A DNA stretch of 64,000 bases from Minisyncoccota bacterium (GTDB lineage Bacteria; Patescibacteriota; Minisyncoccia; Phycocordibacterales; CSBR16-193), in contig JBBDRA010000003.1 of the NCBI GenBank assembly GCA_040905715.1, forward strand, positions 135,075 to 199,074. The letters run 5' to 3'. The position numbers and the translations under genes were made by a program. Shown here piece after piece: positions 19,447 to 29,250 of this stretch; within the stretch, counting starts at the first letter, position 1, and every line of letters starts with the position of its first letter. The notes under the pieces were generated by a model, which did no database searches, had not been told where the DNA came from, and saw only the letters and a list, made by a program, of their open reading frames with translations.

Positions 19447-20340
19447 ATGAAAAAATTTAATAAAATAGCAATCATTAACACGGTTAAGATTACTGAAGAA
19501 TCAAAAGAAAAAATCCAGCTTTACTCAAAAGAGCCTATTGTTTATCCTGAGTTTGACACAGAAAGTGAAGCGGAAATTTGTCAAAGAATTGATAACGCTG
19601 ACGCAGTCTTGGGTAATTTTCATTCAATTATAAATGCTTCTATTTTGGAACATTCACCGAATCTTAAGTATATTGGAATTTGTGGAACAAGTTTGACGAA
19701 TATTCATTTAGAGGAGGTGCGAAGAAAAAACATAGTTATAAAAAATGTCACTGATTATGGCGATGATGCGACGGCTGAGTATATTTTTACTCAACTACTT
19801 AATCTTCTCAGAGGATTTGGTCAATATATGTGGAGAGATGGCCCTAGTGAGCTTAATTCAAAAACAATTGGAATTGTTGGTTTAGGAGCAACTGGAAAGA
19901 AAGTTGCTAATATAGCCTTGGGGTTTAAGATGAAAGTCTTTTATTACAGTAAAACCAGAAAAACAGACTGGGAGAATAAGGGAATTCAATATTTGCCTAT
20001 CAATGATTTACTTGAAAAAAGTGACATTATAACTATACATGTCCCTAGAGATACTAAAGTAATTGGAACTGATGAACTAGATACAATGGGTAATGGAAAG
20101 ATTTTAATCGATACATGTCTAGGAAATATTTATAAAGATATTAACGCTGTTAAAAAATGGCTTAAAAATAAAGATAATTTTCTCATAAGAGATCATCATT
20201 CTGAAATAAAAAAAGATCTTGGTCATTTGGAGGGTTTAATATATACAGAGGATGTGATAGCTGGAATGACCTTAGAATCTAGAAATTTATTGAGTGTAAA
20301 AGTTATAGATAACATTGAAGCATATTTAAAAACTAATTGA
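19447..20340 (+). CDS. D-isomer-specific 2-hydroxyacid dehydrogenase
   Basis: TIGIVGLGATG Rossmann motif, N..DY, AEY, SDIITIHVP. Confidence 0.88.
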   Translation: MKKFNKIAIINTVKITEESKEKIQLYSKEPIVYPEFDTESEAEICQRIDNADAVLGNFHSIINASILEHSPNLKYIGICGTSLTNIHLEEVRRKNIVIKNVTDYGDDATAEYIFTQLLNLLRGFGQYMWRDGPSELNSKTIGIVGLGATGKKVANIALGFKMKVFYYSKTRKTDWENKGIQYLPINDLLEKSDIITIHVPRDTKVIGTDELDTMGNGKILIDTCLGNIYKDINAVKKWLKNKDNFLIRDHHSEIKKDLGHLEGLIYTEDVIAGMTLESRNLLSVKVIDNIEAYLKTN

Positions 20341-20403
20341 TTAGATCTTTGAAAAAGTTATAGTGGACACCAAAAAGTTTAGATCTAATCCCCTGATTAA
20401 AAA

Positions 20404-20433
20404 AGTGCCCAGACAGTAAAACTGTTTGGGCAC
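20404..20433. terminator. intrinsic terminator between convergent genes
   Basis: gtgcccagacagt-aaa-actgtttgggcac with an A-run on the left. Confidence 0.7.
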
Positions 20434-20855
20434 TACAGCATGCGGAAAACCTCGATGTCTTTTTTAGCTTCCGCGCTGTTTCTGGAACGGTGTATGACAT
20501 TCTTATAATACCTCACACCGTCGATCATGAGTGGTTCTGGTGTACCGAGTTTAAATCGGATACTTTCAGGAGCACAATCAGTGGGACTAAGTTCTGTGCC
20601 TGTGATTTGAAGAAGTGTATTAATGGCATCTCTCCCAACCACAAGTCCTGTTTCAACATATGCGTTTACATAGGGTTTAAAGACCGCATTCCTGTACCTT
20701 TCGGGAAGGTCGGAATATACGATTTCTAGTGCCCAGTGTGGCATTATAAGCTTCTTAGTCTCTGGGATGCTTAGACCACCATTCTCAATCATTTTCTTGA
20801 CTTTATCATGGAATACTAAACCGTGAGGCTTGATCATGTAGAAGCTGGTTTCCAA
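20433..20855 (-). CDS. divergent nucleoside-diphosphate kinase-like protein
   Basis: SFYMIKPHG, G...P....PESIR and N.IHRS (His retained, HGSD diverged); TTG start with AAGGAGG RBS. Confidence 0.75.
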   Translation of the reverse strand: METSFYMIKPHGLVFHDKVKKMIENGGLSIPETKKLIMPHWALEIVYSDLPERYRNAVFKPYVNAYVETGLVVGRDAINTLLQITGTELSPTDCAPESIRFKLGTPEPLMIDGVRYYKNVIHRSRNSAEAKKDIEVFRML

Positions 20856-21120
20856 AGTACGGCCCTCCTTTCTTATTTAAGGTTTCCTATTCTGATAAGG
20901 ATAATATAATATATTTATGTTTCCGTCAAATGCAAAAATTTATAACCTAATAAGAGATTTACATAATATTGTTATACGTAACTAATCTCTTAGTAAAAAA
21001 TTGATAATTCTCATCAAACTTCAGAATAGATCAGGGATTATGTCTTAAGTAAAATAAGAAAACATATATTCTAAGCCACATTCAGTTTGAGACCGAGACA
21101 GTTTCGAACTTTTTCTGTAT

Positions 21121-22431
21121 TTACGCCATCAAATCAACTTTCTTGTCTTTTACTGTTAACCTACTCTTAAGACAATTCATCAGCTCTCGCTTCTCATCGT
21201 TGGTACCCTCCTGCAGAAGGTACTTTGCATACGTCCTCATATCAAACTCTTTTATTTTTGATTCATCTTCATGCAAGATTCCTTTCCTAAATTTATTGAA
21301 TCGTTTCAGTTCATCTTCAAACTTCTTTTGTATACCTAGTTCGCTGACACTCACTTTATCAATGATTCCAATTAGTTGTTTTATTAAATCTTCTTCACGC
21401 AGATACGGATTTTTGCAGTGTCGATCTCGTGATCTACCACAACCGTAGTAGATGTATTTGGCGGTCGTGCCGTCACGGAGTTTTTTGTATTTCTCTTCAG
21501 CTGAGATACCTGATCCGCACTTGCCACAGAGCATGAGTTTGGTGAAGGCAAACTCCTTATGCTCTCTAACAATCTTATCTCGTTTCAAATGCTCTTGAGC
21601 TTCGTCAAATAGCTCTTTAGTGATGAGCGGTTTGTGCTTTCCTTGATACCAGTTGCCGGAGTCTCGTGGATACTCAAAGACACCGTAATAGAACGGATTG
21701 TCGAGCAGTCGGTAGATACCGCTAAGAGTAAGTGGTTTGTTTCCTCTGGTATGGAAATTAAGTTCAAATCGAAGCCAATGATACAACTTTCTGCCAGACC
21801 ATTTATCGTGTGCCACCTTCTCAAACATCTGCCTTACCACATGACCGCGCTCAGGATCGACTAGTAACAAACCTTTCTTGTCGGTTCGTTTTTGGTTGAG
21901 ATATCCTAATGGTGCCACCGTCGGCCAGTATCCCATCTCACAACGTGCCCTGAGTCCTCGCTTCACGTTAATGCCTCGGTTATCGTTCTCAAGCTTGGCC
22001 TGTGAGCCAAGAATCATTAGGAGGAACTTCTCATTCGGATTATTAGTGAACACCTGTCCATATGTTCGTATCTCATGGAGTTTCCCTTGGTCCATTAGAT
22101 CAACAACTGCGCCGAGGTCTCCGGCATTCCTCGACAGACGATCAGGTGCCCATGCCAGAATACCGGTATACTTGCCAACCCTAACCTCATCCATCAGCTC
22201 ATTGAATACTGGCCTCTGAGCAGTATCTTTGGCTGAATGACTCTCGCGCTTAATATCTACCACTTCAAGCCCTTCACGCTCAGCCAACTGAAGCATCTCC
22301 TTGATCTGCGAATCGATTGAAAGTACCTGACGTTCTTCGCTCTCGGTACTTTTTCGTGAGTACAAGCAGTACTTTATCTTTTCTTTCGGTACTACTTGGT
22401 TTTGCTCCTTTTCTTGTACTGGTATCTCCAT
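21121..22431 (-). CDS. large serine recombinase (resolvase, recombinase and Zn-ribbon domains)
   Basis: YSRKST catalytic Ser, SIDSQ, DRLSRN, PLGY, NPFYYG, H.PLIT.ELF, CGKCG...YYGC motifs. Confidence 0.93.
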   Translation of the reverse strand: MEIPVQEKEQNQVVPKEKIKYCLYSRKSTESEERQVLSIDSQIKEMLQLAEREGLEVVDIKRESHSAKDTAQRPVFNELMDEVRVGKYTGILAWAPDRLSRNAGDLGAVVDLMDQGKLHEIRTYGQVFTNNPNEKFLLMILGSQAKLENDNRGINVKRGLRARCEMGYWPTVAPLGYLNQKRTDKKGLLLVDPERGHVVRQMFEKVAHDKWSGRKLYHWLRFELNFHTRGNKPLTLSGIYRLLDNPFYYGVFEYPRDSGNWYQGKHKPLITKELFDEAQEHLKRDKIVREHKEFAFTKLMLCGKCGSGISAEEKYKKLRDGTTAKYIYYGCGRSRDRHCKNPYLREEDLIKQLIGIIDKVSVSELGIQKKFEDELKRFNKFRKGILHEDESKIKEFDMRTYAKYLLQEGTNDEKRELMNCLKSRLTVKDKKVDLMA

Positions 22432-22542
22432 TACTCCAATGAATGACAGAATAGGTTTGAGGAGTCCAGAGCGTCCCGAGTTGATAAGAAGTTGATAAAA
22501 ATCACTTTACTTTATTGGTAATTAATGGTAAGTTAGAAGTTA

Positions 22543-22746
22543 ATGGATAATGAATCTAAAAACTTGGAAGATTTGCCTGAGATATTGACCCTGCGACAAG
22601 CCGCAAATGTTCTTAATTGTCACCCTAATACCTTGAGAAACTGGGATAATGAAGGAGTACTTAAGGCAATTCGTATCGGTCGCCGGAAAGATCGACGATA
22701 TAAAAAAGAGGATGTGTTTAAAATTTTGAAACAAAACAATGGCTAA
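22543..22746 (+). CDS. MerR/excisionase-like HTH protein
   Basis: LTLRQAANVLNCHPNTLRNWD..G.LKA.RIG...RRY. Confidence 0.85.
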   Translation: MDNESKNLEDLPEILTLRQAANVLNCHPNTLRNWDNEGVLKAIRIGRRKDRRYKKEDVFKILKQNNG

Positions 22747-24406
22747 AGATTACTCAAAAATGAATAAGGAAGAATTACTGAATGAGATTACGAAATTAGA
22801 ATCTCGCAAGTCTTATGGTTTGGTGTGGGAAGATAAGCCAGAGGATGTTGTTGAACAGTGTAAAACTCAAATACCGATTCTTACTGAAGTTAAAAAATAT
22901 TTTATCGAAAAAGATTTGGATAAGCCGACAAATCTTTTGATCGAAGGAGATAATTATCATGCTTTAGCAACATTGAATTATACTCATAGAAAACAAATTG
23001 ACATTATTTATATTGACCCACCGTACAATACTGGTGCAAAGGATTGGAAATACAATAACGATTATGTGGATGAGAATGATTCATTTAGACATAGTAAATG
23101 GTTGTCGATGATGAACCATCGGTTACGTTTATCTAGAAACTTACTTACGGACGAAGGCGCCTTAATTTGCGCGATTGATCATAATGAACAAGAAGCGCTG
23201 GGCGTAATGTTGGATGAGCTTTTTCCAGAAAGAGAGAAAGTTTGTGTAACCATCATACATAATCCTGGTGGGATTCAAGGAAACAATTTTTCTTACACAC
23301 ACGAATATGCATACTTTGTTTTCCCTAAAAATGGCACGTATATCTCAAAGGTTATTAGAGACGATGTAAAGCCTACTCCGCTTAGAGATTGGGGCGGTGA
23401 AGAATCTAAACGCGAATCTGCTAGAAATTGTTTTTACCCAATTCATGTAGATAAAGAAATGAATGTTACGGGATTTGGTGATGTGTTACCAGAAAATAAA
23501 CATCCCAAGTCTGCTGTATTAAAAGAAAAAGATGGATCAATGGTAATTTACCCCATTGACTCTGATGGAGTTGAACGTAAGTGGAGATTTGCGCGACATA
23601 CTGTTGAAAGTATTGAAGATGAACTTAGATGTGAAATAGTAAATGGTGAACCATCAATACGCCGATACAAACAAAAATATAGATGGAAAACTGTTTGGAA
23701 TGATAGTAAATACAATGCAAATGTCCACGGTACACAATATCTTGCAGGTATTATTAAGGAAAAATTCCCTTATCCTAAATCAATCTTTACAGTAGAAGAT
23801 TGTATTAAGGCCATTATTCACGATAAACAAACTGCAACCGTATTAGATTTTTTTGCTGGATCAGGTACAACTGGTCATGCGGTTTTGAAACTTAACGAAG
23901 AAGATGGAGGTAATCGTCGATTCATTCTTTGCACTAACAATGAGAATAAAATCGCTGAAGAAGTAACTTATCCTCGGGTTAAGAACGTTATCAAGGGGTA
24001 CGGTGACGTAGAAGGTATTCCCGCGAATCTCCGATACTACAAAACTGATTTTGTGGATGTTGAATCAGTTCACAGTGTTTCAGATCAAAAGAAAATAGAG
24101 CTTACATATAAAGCAGGTCGGATGATTGCTCTACGAGAGGACACGCTAGAGGAGACTGAGAAGAATGACTGGTGGCAAATATTTACTGACAAAAAAGGAA
24201 AAACCACAGCTATTTATTTTAAAGAGGATAAAGAAAAACTTGATGATCTTGTAAAGAAAATCAGTAAATCTGAATCTGCTGTTCTTTACATATTTAGCTG
24301 GGGTAAAAATGAGTATAAGAACGAGTTTACTGGCCATAAAAACATACGGGTCGAAGATATCCCAGAACCGATCCTTGAGGTATACAAGGAAATTAACAAG
24401 AAATAA
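22739..24406 (+). CDS. type III-like N6-adenine DNA methyltransferase (Mod)
   Basis: YGLVWE, LLIEGDN, IYIDPPYNTG, HSKWLS, FPYPKS and LDFFAGSGTTG in beta-class order. Confidence 0.92.
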   Translation: MAKDYSKMNKEELLNEITKLESRKSYGLVWEDKPEDVVEQCKTQIPILTEVKKYFIEKDLDKPTNLLIEGDNYHALATLNYTHRKQIDIIYIDPPYNTGAKDWKYNNDYVDENDSFRHSKWLSMMNHRLRLSRNLLTDEGALICAIDHNEQEALGVMLDELFPEREKVCVTIIHNPGGIQGNNFSYTHEYAYFVFPKNGTYISKVIRDDVKPTPLRDWGGEESKRESARNCFYPIHVDKEMNVTGFGDVLPENKHPKSAVLKEKDGSMVIYPIDSDGVERKWRFARHTVESIEDELRCEIVNGEPSIRRYKQKYRWKTVWNDSKYNANVHGTQYLAGIIKEKFPYPKSIFTVEDCIKAIIHDKQTATVLDFFAGSGTTGHAVLKLNEEDGGNRRFILCTNNENKIAEEVTYPRVKNVIKGYGDVEGIPANLRYYKTDFVDVESVHSVSDQKKIELTYKAGRMIALREDTLEETEKNDWWQIFTDKKGKTTAIYFKEDKEKLDDLVKKISKSESAVLYIFSWGKNEYKNEFTGHKNIRVEDIPEPILEVYKEINKK

Positions 24407-24408
24407 TT

Positions 24409-26688
24409 ATGTTTACACTTAAAACCTTTCAAGAAAAAGCGATAGCTGAATTACGGAAAAACTTCCTAGAACTTTGGAGTACAGGGAATAAGAGGCTAGA
24501 ACTTATATTCAAATCACCAACTGGATCAGGAAAAACAGTAATGACTGCACAGTTTTTGCGTGACTTAACTGGTGATCCACAATTCAACGCTGACAAAGCA
24601 TTCGTGTGGTTTACCTTTAACGAGGAATCATACGAACAAAGCAAGAAGAAGCTTTTTAAATATTATGGCGGTGCCGGAGAAATCGAACTCCTTGATTTAA
24701 ATGATCTTACCCGTAACGCCAAACTGGAGAAAAACAGTGTCTTCTTTATTAACTGGCAGAAGGTAAAGTCTTCTACTAAAGATGGTCGTAAGTTACGAAA
24801 AGACAACGAGAATGACATTACTTTTGACTCATTCATAGAAAAATCAAAAGCAGATGGTCGTGAGATTGTATTGATTGTTGATGAAGCACATCGAGATGCG
24901 AACACTGACCTTGCTCAGGAACTTATTGATCTCATTGATCCGCGCATTATTCTCAAAATTACAGCCACTCCGAAGAATGAACCGTCGTATTCTGATGTGA
25001 AAAATAAGAAGGTCGGTTTTGTAGACGTTGAGCGTAAGGCTGTAATCGAGGAAGGTTTGATTAAAGAAAAAGTTATTACCCAAACTAAGGAAGATATTGA
25101 GAAAGAGGCAAAGAGAGAAATTGACCAAGATTTATTATTGCTCGATTTAGCGTATCAAAAGCGTCTCGAGCTTAAGAAGAGTTATGAAAAGCTTGGTATT
25201 GATATTAATCCTCTTGTACTGGTCCAACTTCCCAATGATGATAAAGCTCGCAAGGAAACCTTAGATAAATCAAAGAAGGATGTCGTTCTTGATTTTCTAA
25301 AAGATAAAGGTGAAGAAGATCACAATGTTGCTGTTTGGCTTTCAAACGACAAAGAAAATTTGGATGAAATTGAAAAAAATGACTCAGAGATAAATTTCTT
25401 AGTTTTCAAACAGGCGGCTGCCACTGGTTGGGATTGTCCTCGAGCGGCTATCTTGGTGATGTACCGAGAGATTAAAAGTCCGGTCTTTCACATACAAACT
25501 GTCGGGCGAATTCTTCGTATGCCTGAAGCTATTCACTATCCAAGTCCTGATCTAAATATTGGATATCTATATACAAACTACGAGCGAAATCAGATCCTCG
25601 CTGAATACGATAAGCAAAAAGGAGAAAATCGTCCTGCGACACAGATAAGTCGACGCAAGAAAGATGTTAAACCAATCAAGCTCGACTCTGTATTTATGAG
25701 TCGTGCTGACTACAACGACCTTGGTGACTCATTCCAGAAGACATTTAAGCAAGTCGCGAATAAAGAGTTGGGTATTAAAGATGGAAATACTAAAGCACAG
25801 ATTAAGAAGACACTGAAAGAACAGAACCTAGATGTCACAGATGTGAAAGTAGAGAGTAGTCTTATTGTGGATGCTGAAATAGAAAACTACGATAATTTTA
25901 TTGAGGAACTAAGAGCAAATACGGTAGAGCTTTCAAATGAAATTTCACGTAATGATCTGGAGCGTCTCTACAATCTCCTTTGTTTCAATATCATTTCTAA
26001 ACAAGAGGATGAGAACAAGAAATTTGCTCCTGAACGTTCATGGGGAAAGTTGAAAACTGCACTCAACGTCTACTTCTCAAATATGCTAGACATCCCTCGT
26101 GAGGATTACTACAAAGTCATTGTAAATGATCTACTCCGACCAGATAGTGTATTGCGCCCTATTCTTGGGGAGACACTTGAGAAATATCGTCCAATCCGTG
26201 AAAAGGAAGTCAAAGAGAAAGCTAAGCGAACTCGACGTGATGAAGTGTTGGAAATACCACGAGAGTATCTATTCTTCACAGATCTGTATGAAGAGATGAA
26301 AGTGAAGAAGTCTGCGATGCATCCTTTCTATATTCAGAAGGAACCTGTTCAAAATGAAAATGAGTTTATCAAATATCTTGAGGCATCAAGTAAGGTCGAG
26401 TGGTGGTATAAGAATGGTGACTCTGGAAGTGAATATTTCTCAATTCCTTATTATCACGAAACAGAAAATCGTGAACGCCTTTTCTATCCTGACTGGATTG
26501 TGAAGACTAAGAACAAAGTTTGGATCCTCGATACCAAAGCTGGCTTTACTGCCGAAAGCAACGATACTCAATACAAAGCAGAAGCATTGAAAGGATGGTT
26601 AAAGGGAAAGAATAAATTTGACGGCGGTATTGTGGTGCCAGACGGTCCGAACGGGTGGAAAATTGGTGGTAAGAAATTAATTTTATAA
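24409..26688 (+). CDS. type III-like restriction subunit (SF2 helicase plus PD-(D/E)XK nuclease)
   Basis: SPTGSGKT, DEAH, TATP, GWDCPRA, QTVGRILR and C-terminal YPDWIV...LDTK motifs. Confidence 0.88.
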   Translation: MFTLKTFQEKAIAELRKNFLELWSTGNKRLELIFKSPTGSGKTVMTAQFLRDLTGDPQFNADKAFVWFTFNEESYEQSKKKLFKYYGGAGEIELLDLNDLTRNAKLEKNSVFFINWQKVKSSTKDGRKLRKDNENDITFDSFIEKSKADGREIVLIVDEAHRDANTDLAQELIDLIDPRIILKITATPKNEPSYSDVKNKKVGFVDVERKAVIEEGLIKEKVITQTKEDIEKEAKREIDQDLLLLDLAYQKRLELKKSYEKLGIDINPLVLVQLPNDDKARKETLDKSKKDVVLDFLKDKGEEDHNVAVWLSNDKENLDEIEKNDSEINFLVFKQAAATGWDCPRAAILVMYREIKSPVFHIQTVGRILRMPEAIHYPSPDLNIGYLYTNYERNQILAEYDKQKGENRPATQISRRKKDVKPIKLDSVFMSRADYNDLGDSFQKTFKQVANKELGIKDGNTKAQIKKTLKEQNLDVTDVKVESSLIVDAEIENYDNFIEELRANTVELSNEISRNDLERLYNLLCFNIISKQEDENKKFAPERSWGKLKTALNVYFSNMLDIPREDYYKVIVNDLLRPDSVLRPILGETLEKYRPIREKEVKEKAKRTRRDEVLEIPREYLFFTDLYEEMKVKKSAMHPFYIQKEPVQNENEFIKYLEASSKVEWWYKNGDSGSEYFSIPYYHETENRERLFYPDWIVKTKNKVWILDTKAGFTAESNDTQYKAEALKGWLKGKNKFDGGIVVPDGPNGWKIGGKKLIL

Positions 26689-26690
26689 TT

Positions 26691-27383
26691 ATGTCATCCC
26701 GTCAAGTAACAAATTGGATTTCTCTTTCTGACATGATGACAGGGTTAATGCTGGTCTTTCTCTTGATTGCTGTTTTGAGTATTGCGCAGGTTGTTGCAAA
26801 AGAAGAAGAGCGACAGGAATTATTGAATGAATATGATTTATCTAAGGAGGAAATTTACAATGATCTAGAAGATACGTTTGGAGACAAAAAAGAAGAATGG
26901 GGAATTGAGATAAGTCGAGATTTGAGCATCAAATTTCAAAATCCTGACGTATTGTTTGGTTATTTAAGTTCTGATATCTCCTCAGAATTTGAAACTATTC
27001 TAGAAGAATTTATTCCTTCGTATCTAAAGATAATAAATAAAGAAAAATATCAAGACAAAATTAAAGAAGTTCGCGTTGAGGGTCATACAGCTGATTGGAA
27101 TGATTATATGTTTACGGTTAAATTGTCTCAAGAAAGGGCAAATGCTGTATTAAGGACTATACTTAACAGTAGCTATTACAACAATTTAGATGCTAAAACA
27201 AAAGATAAAATTAAGTTTTGGTTTACAGCTAATGGACTGGGAAATGGTAGAACTTTGGACTCAGAAGGTGAGTTTACTTATTATTCCGATAAAGATATAA
27301 GCACAAACTCTCGTCGAGTTGAGTTTAGGATTGTGACAACAAGTGATGAACTAATTGAGGAGATTATCAATAGACAGCAATAG
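26691..27383 (+). CDS. zorB: ZorB-like MotB/OmpA-family protein
   Basis: WISLSDMMTGLMLVF TM with conserved Asp; VEGHT, LSQERA and SRRVEFRI OmpA-like motifs. Confidence 0.85.
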   Translation: MSSRQVTNWISLSDMMTGLMLVFLLIAVLSIAQVVAKEEERQELLNEYDLSKEEIYNDLEDTFGDKKEEWGIEISRDLSIKFQNPDVLFGYLSSDISSEFETILEEFIPSYLKIINKEKYQDKIKEVRVEGHTADWNDYMFTVKLSQERANAVLRTILNSSYYNNLDAKTKDKIKFWFTANGLGNGRTLDSEGEFTYYSDKDISTNSRRVEFRIVTTSDELIEEIINRQQ

Positions 27384-27389
27384 AACATT

Positions 27390-28427
27390 ATGACTTTAAT
27401 GACAATATTTATAGTGGTTTGGATTGTGCTAACAATTTACATTCCATACAAATTTAAAGAAAGAGGTATCCAAGAGATGCAAACTATTGCAACTACGTTT
27501 GGTATCCTTGGAACATTTATCGGTATTATTGTTGCTTTGTATAATTTTGATACTTCGAACATTGAAGCCGCGGTTCCATTGTTGCTCGACGGATTAAAGT
27601 TTGCTTTTGTAACATCTATTTTTGGAATGTTAACATCTTTACTTATTGGACTTTTTCCTCAAAAATTTGGACACGGTGTTGCCAATGAAGAGGGTGTAAC
27701 TGAAGACAAGGATAAATCAGAGCCAGAATTACTCGCTGAGTTACTTTCAGAAGTTAAAATTCTTAATGGGAATATATCTGGAGAAAGCGATACTACTTTA
27801 ATTACGCAAATTCAAAAAATGCGAACAAGTATTGTAGATAAGCAAGATGATCTAAATAAGGCTTTTGACAAATTTGCCGAAGATATGGTTAATAGTAATA
27901 TTGACGCTCTCGCAGAAGCTATTGAAAAAGTAATGGGTGATTTTAACACGACAGTTAATGAAAAGTTGGGCAGGACCTTTGATGATTTTAAGAAATCAGT
28001 GGAAAATCTTAATGTTTGGCAATCTGAGTATAAAGCTCAGATATTGTCTCAAACTGAAAATATGAAATCAGTTGCAGACTCACTAAGTACTACAGAAAAA
28101 AGTATGAGTGAGGTTAAAGATTCTTATCAAGAAATTGTTTCTATAAAAGAAAAATTTGATGAGCTTCTTAAAAACCTGAATGCGCAATTACAAGGTAGTT
28201 TAGATTTTGCAGACGCAATGAAAGACTTAACAACTGATCTAGAAGGATCGGGCGATGTTATAAAAGAAGAGATGAAAGAGATTACTTATGGAGCTGCTAC
28301 AGAAATGGAAAAAACAATGAATAAAACATTAGCTGATTTTGGGAGTAGTTTAGCAGATATTTCTGGAAAATTAGCGGAGAATTTTGGAAAAATGCAGCGA
28401 GCACTTGATAGTCATGAAAATAACTAA
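27390..28427 (+). CDS. zorA: ZorA-like MotA/TolQ/ExbB protein with a cytoplasmic helical tail
   Basis: 3 TMs; GILGTFIG and LLDGLKFAFVTSIFG motifs, then a ~250-aa coiled-coil-like tail. Confidence 0.85.
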   Translation: MTLMTIFIVVWIVLTIYIPYKFKERGIQEMQTIATTFGILGTFIGIIVALYNFDTSNIEAAVPLLLDGLKFAFVTSIFGMLTSLLIGLFPQKFGHGVANEEGVTEDKDKSEPELLAELLSEVKILNGNISGESDTTLITQIQKMRTSIVDKQDDLNKAFDKFAEDMVNSNIDALAEAIEKVMGDFNTTVNEKLGRTFDDFKKSVENLNVWQSEYKAQILSQTENMKSVADSLSTTEKSMSEVKDSYQEIVSIKEKFDELLKNLNAQLQGSLDFADAMKDLTTDLEGSGDVIKEEMKEITYGAATEMEKTMNKTLADFGSSLADISGKLAENFGKMQRALDSHENN

Positions 28428-28432
28428 TATCT

Positions 28433-29245
28433 ATGGAAAAGGACGAATTTAACAATAAAATATCGGATATAGTAAGCTATTTTGATGACATTAAACAAAG
28501 AATCGGTGCTAAAGATACGGGGTTTGTGATAGTGCCAAGAGAATTGAAAACTCCAACTGGTAAATTTAATGCTGGTAAACCAATTACTGGTGCTGAATTA
28601 CAAAGAATTTCTAAAAATTGGAAATCAAAAGATCCTTTGATTGATGAGGAAGGTAATGCGTTCGTTCTTTATATACCTGATTTTACAAGTAATCATTATA
28701 GGAGAGGCTTTTCTCCAGAAAATTTACCAAAGTATCATACTTCTTGGTGTTGGACATTAGATAATATGAAGGAATCAGGAAGAATGAAAAGATATATTAA
28801 AAAGACGGATATAGAAACAAATATCTTTAAAGGGAAAAAGGATGGAGATAGAAATATTGAGAGTGTATTATATGCTTGTCAAAATTGTAGAAAAACATTA
28901 GAAGATATTTACGGAAGAAATATGTATTTTGACGTTAAAAATATGGATATGCTCAAGTTTTTCTCTTTGTACGGAAAACATTATTTATATGACCCTAAAG
29001 TGAAAAAACCTTATTCTGTAATGTATCCAAAACATTGGGATGAAATTTCAAAGAAATATAGAGAAAAAGCAAATTGGAAGTGTGATCAGTGTGGTGAGTC
29101 TTTCGCGAATAACAAAAAGGAATTAGATGTTCACCATATAAATGGAATTAAAAGTGATGTTAGGGATACAAACCTAAAAGTTTTATGTAAAAAACATCAT
29201 GCTGAACAACCTATGCATAGTCATTATAACAAAATTATAAATTAG
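28433..29245 (+). CDS. zorE: ZorE-like HNH endonuclease
   Basis: KYH...C.TL..MK..GR..RY and CQNC, plus C-terminal W..IS..YR....W.C..CG...LDVHHING.KSD....NL.VLC..HH.EQP.H. Confidence 0.8.
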   Translation: MEKDEFNNKISDIVSYFDDIKQRIGAKDTGFVIVPRELKTPTGKFNAGKPITGAELQRISKNWKSKDPLIDEEGNAFVLYIPDFTSNHYRRGFSPENLPKYHTSWCWTLDNMKESGRMKRYIKKTDIETNIFKGKKDGDRNIESVLYACQNCRKTLEDIYGRNMYFDVKNMDMLKFFSLYGKHYLYDPKVKKPYSVMYPKHWDEISKKYREKANWKCDQCGESFANNKKELDVHHINGIKSDVRDTNLKVLCKKHHAEQPMHSHYNKIIN

Positions 29246-29250
29246 TATTT

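Noticed and set aside
26691-28427. Flagellar MotAB or Tol/Exb system
   Set aside because: No flagellar or TonB/Tol genes; the long ZorA-like tail, adjacent HNH gene and RM context fit Zorya
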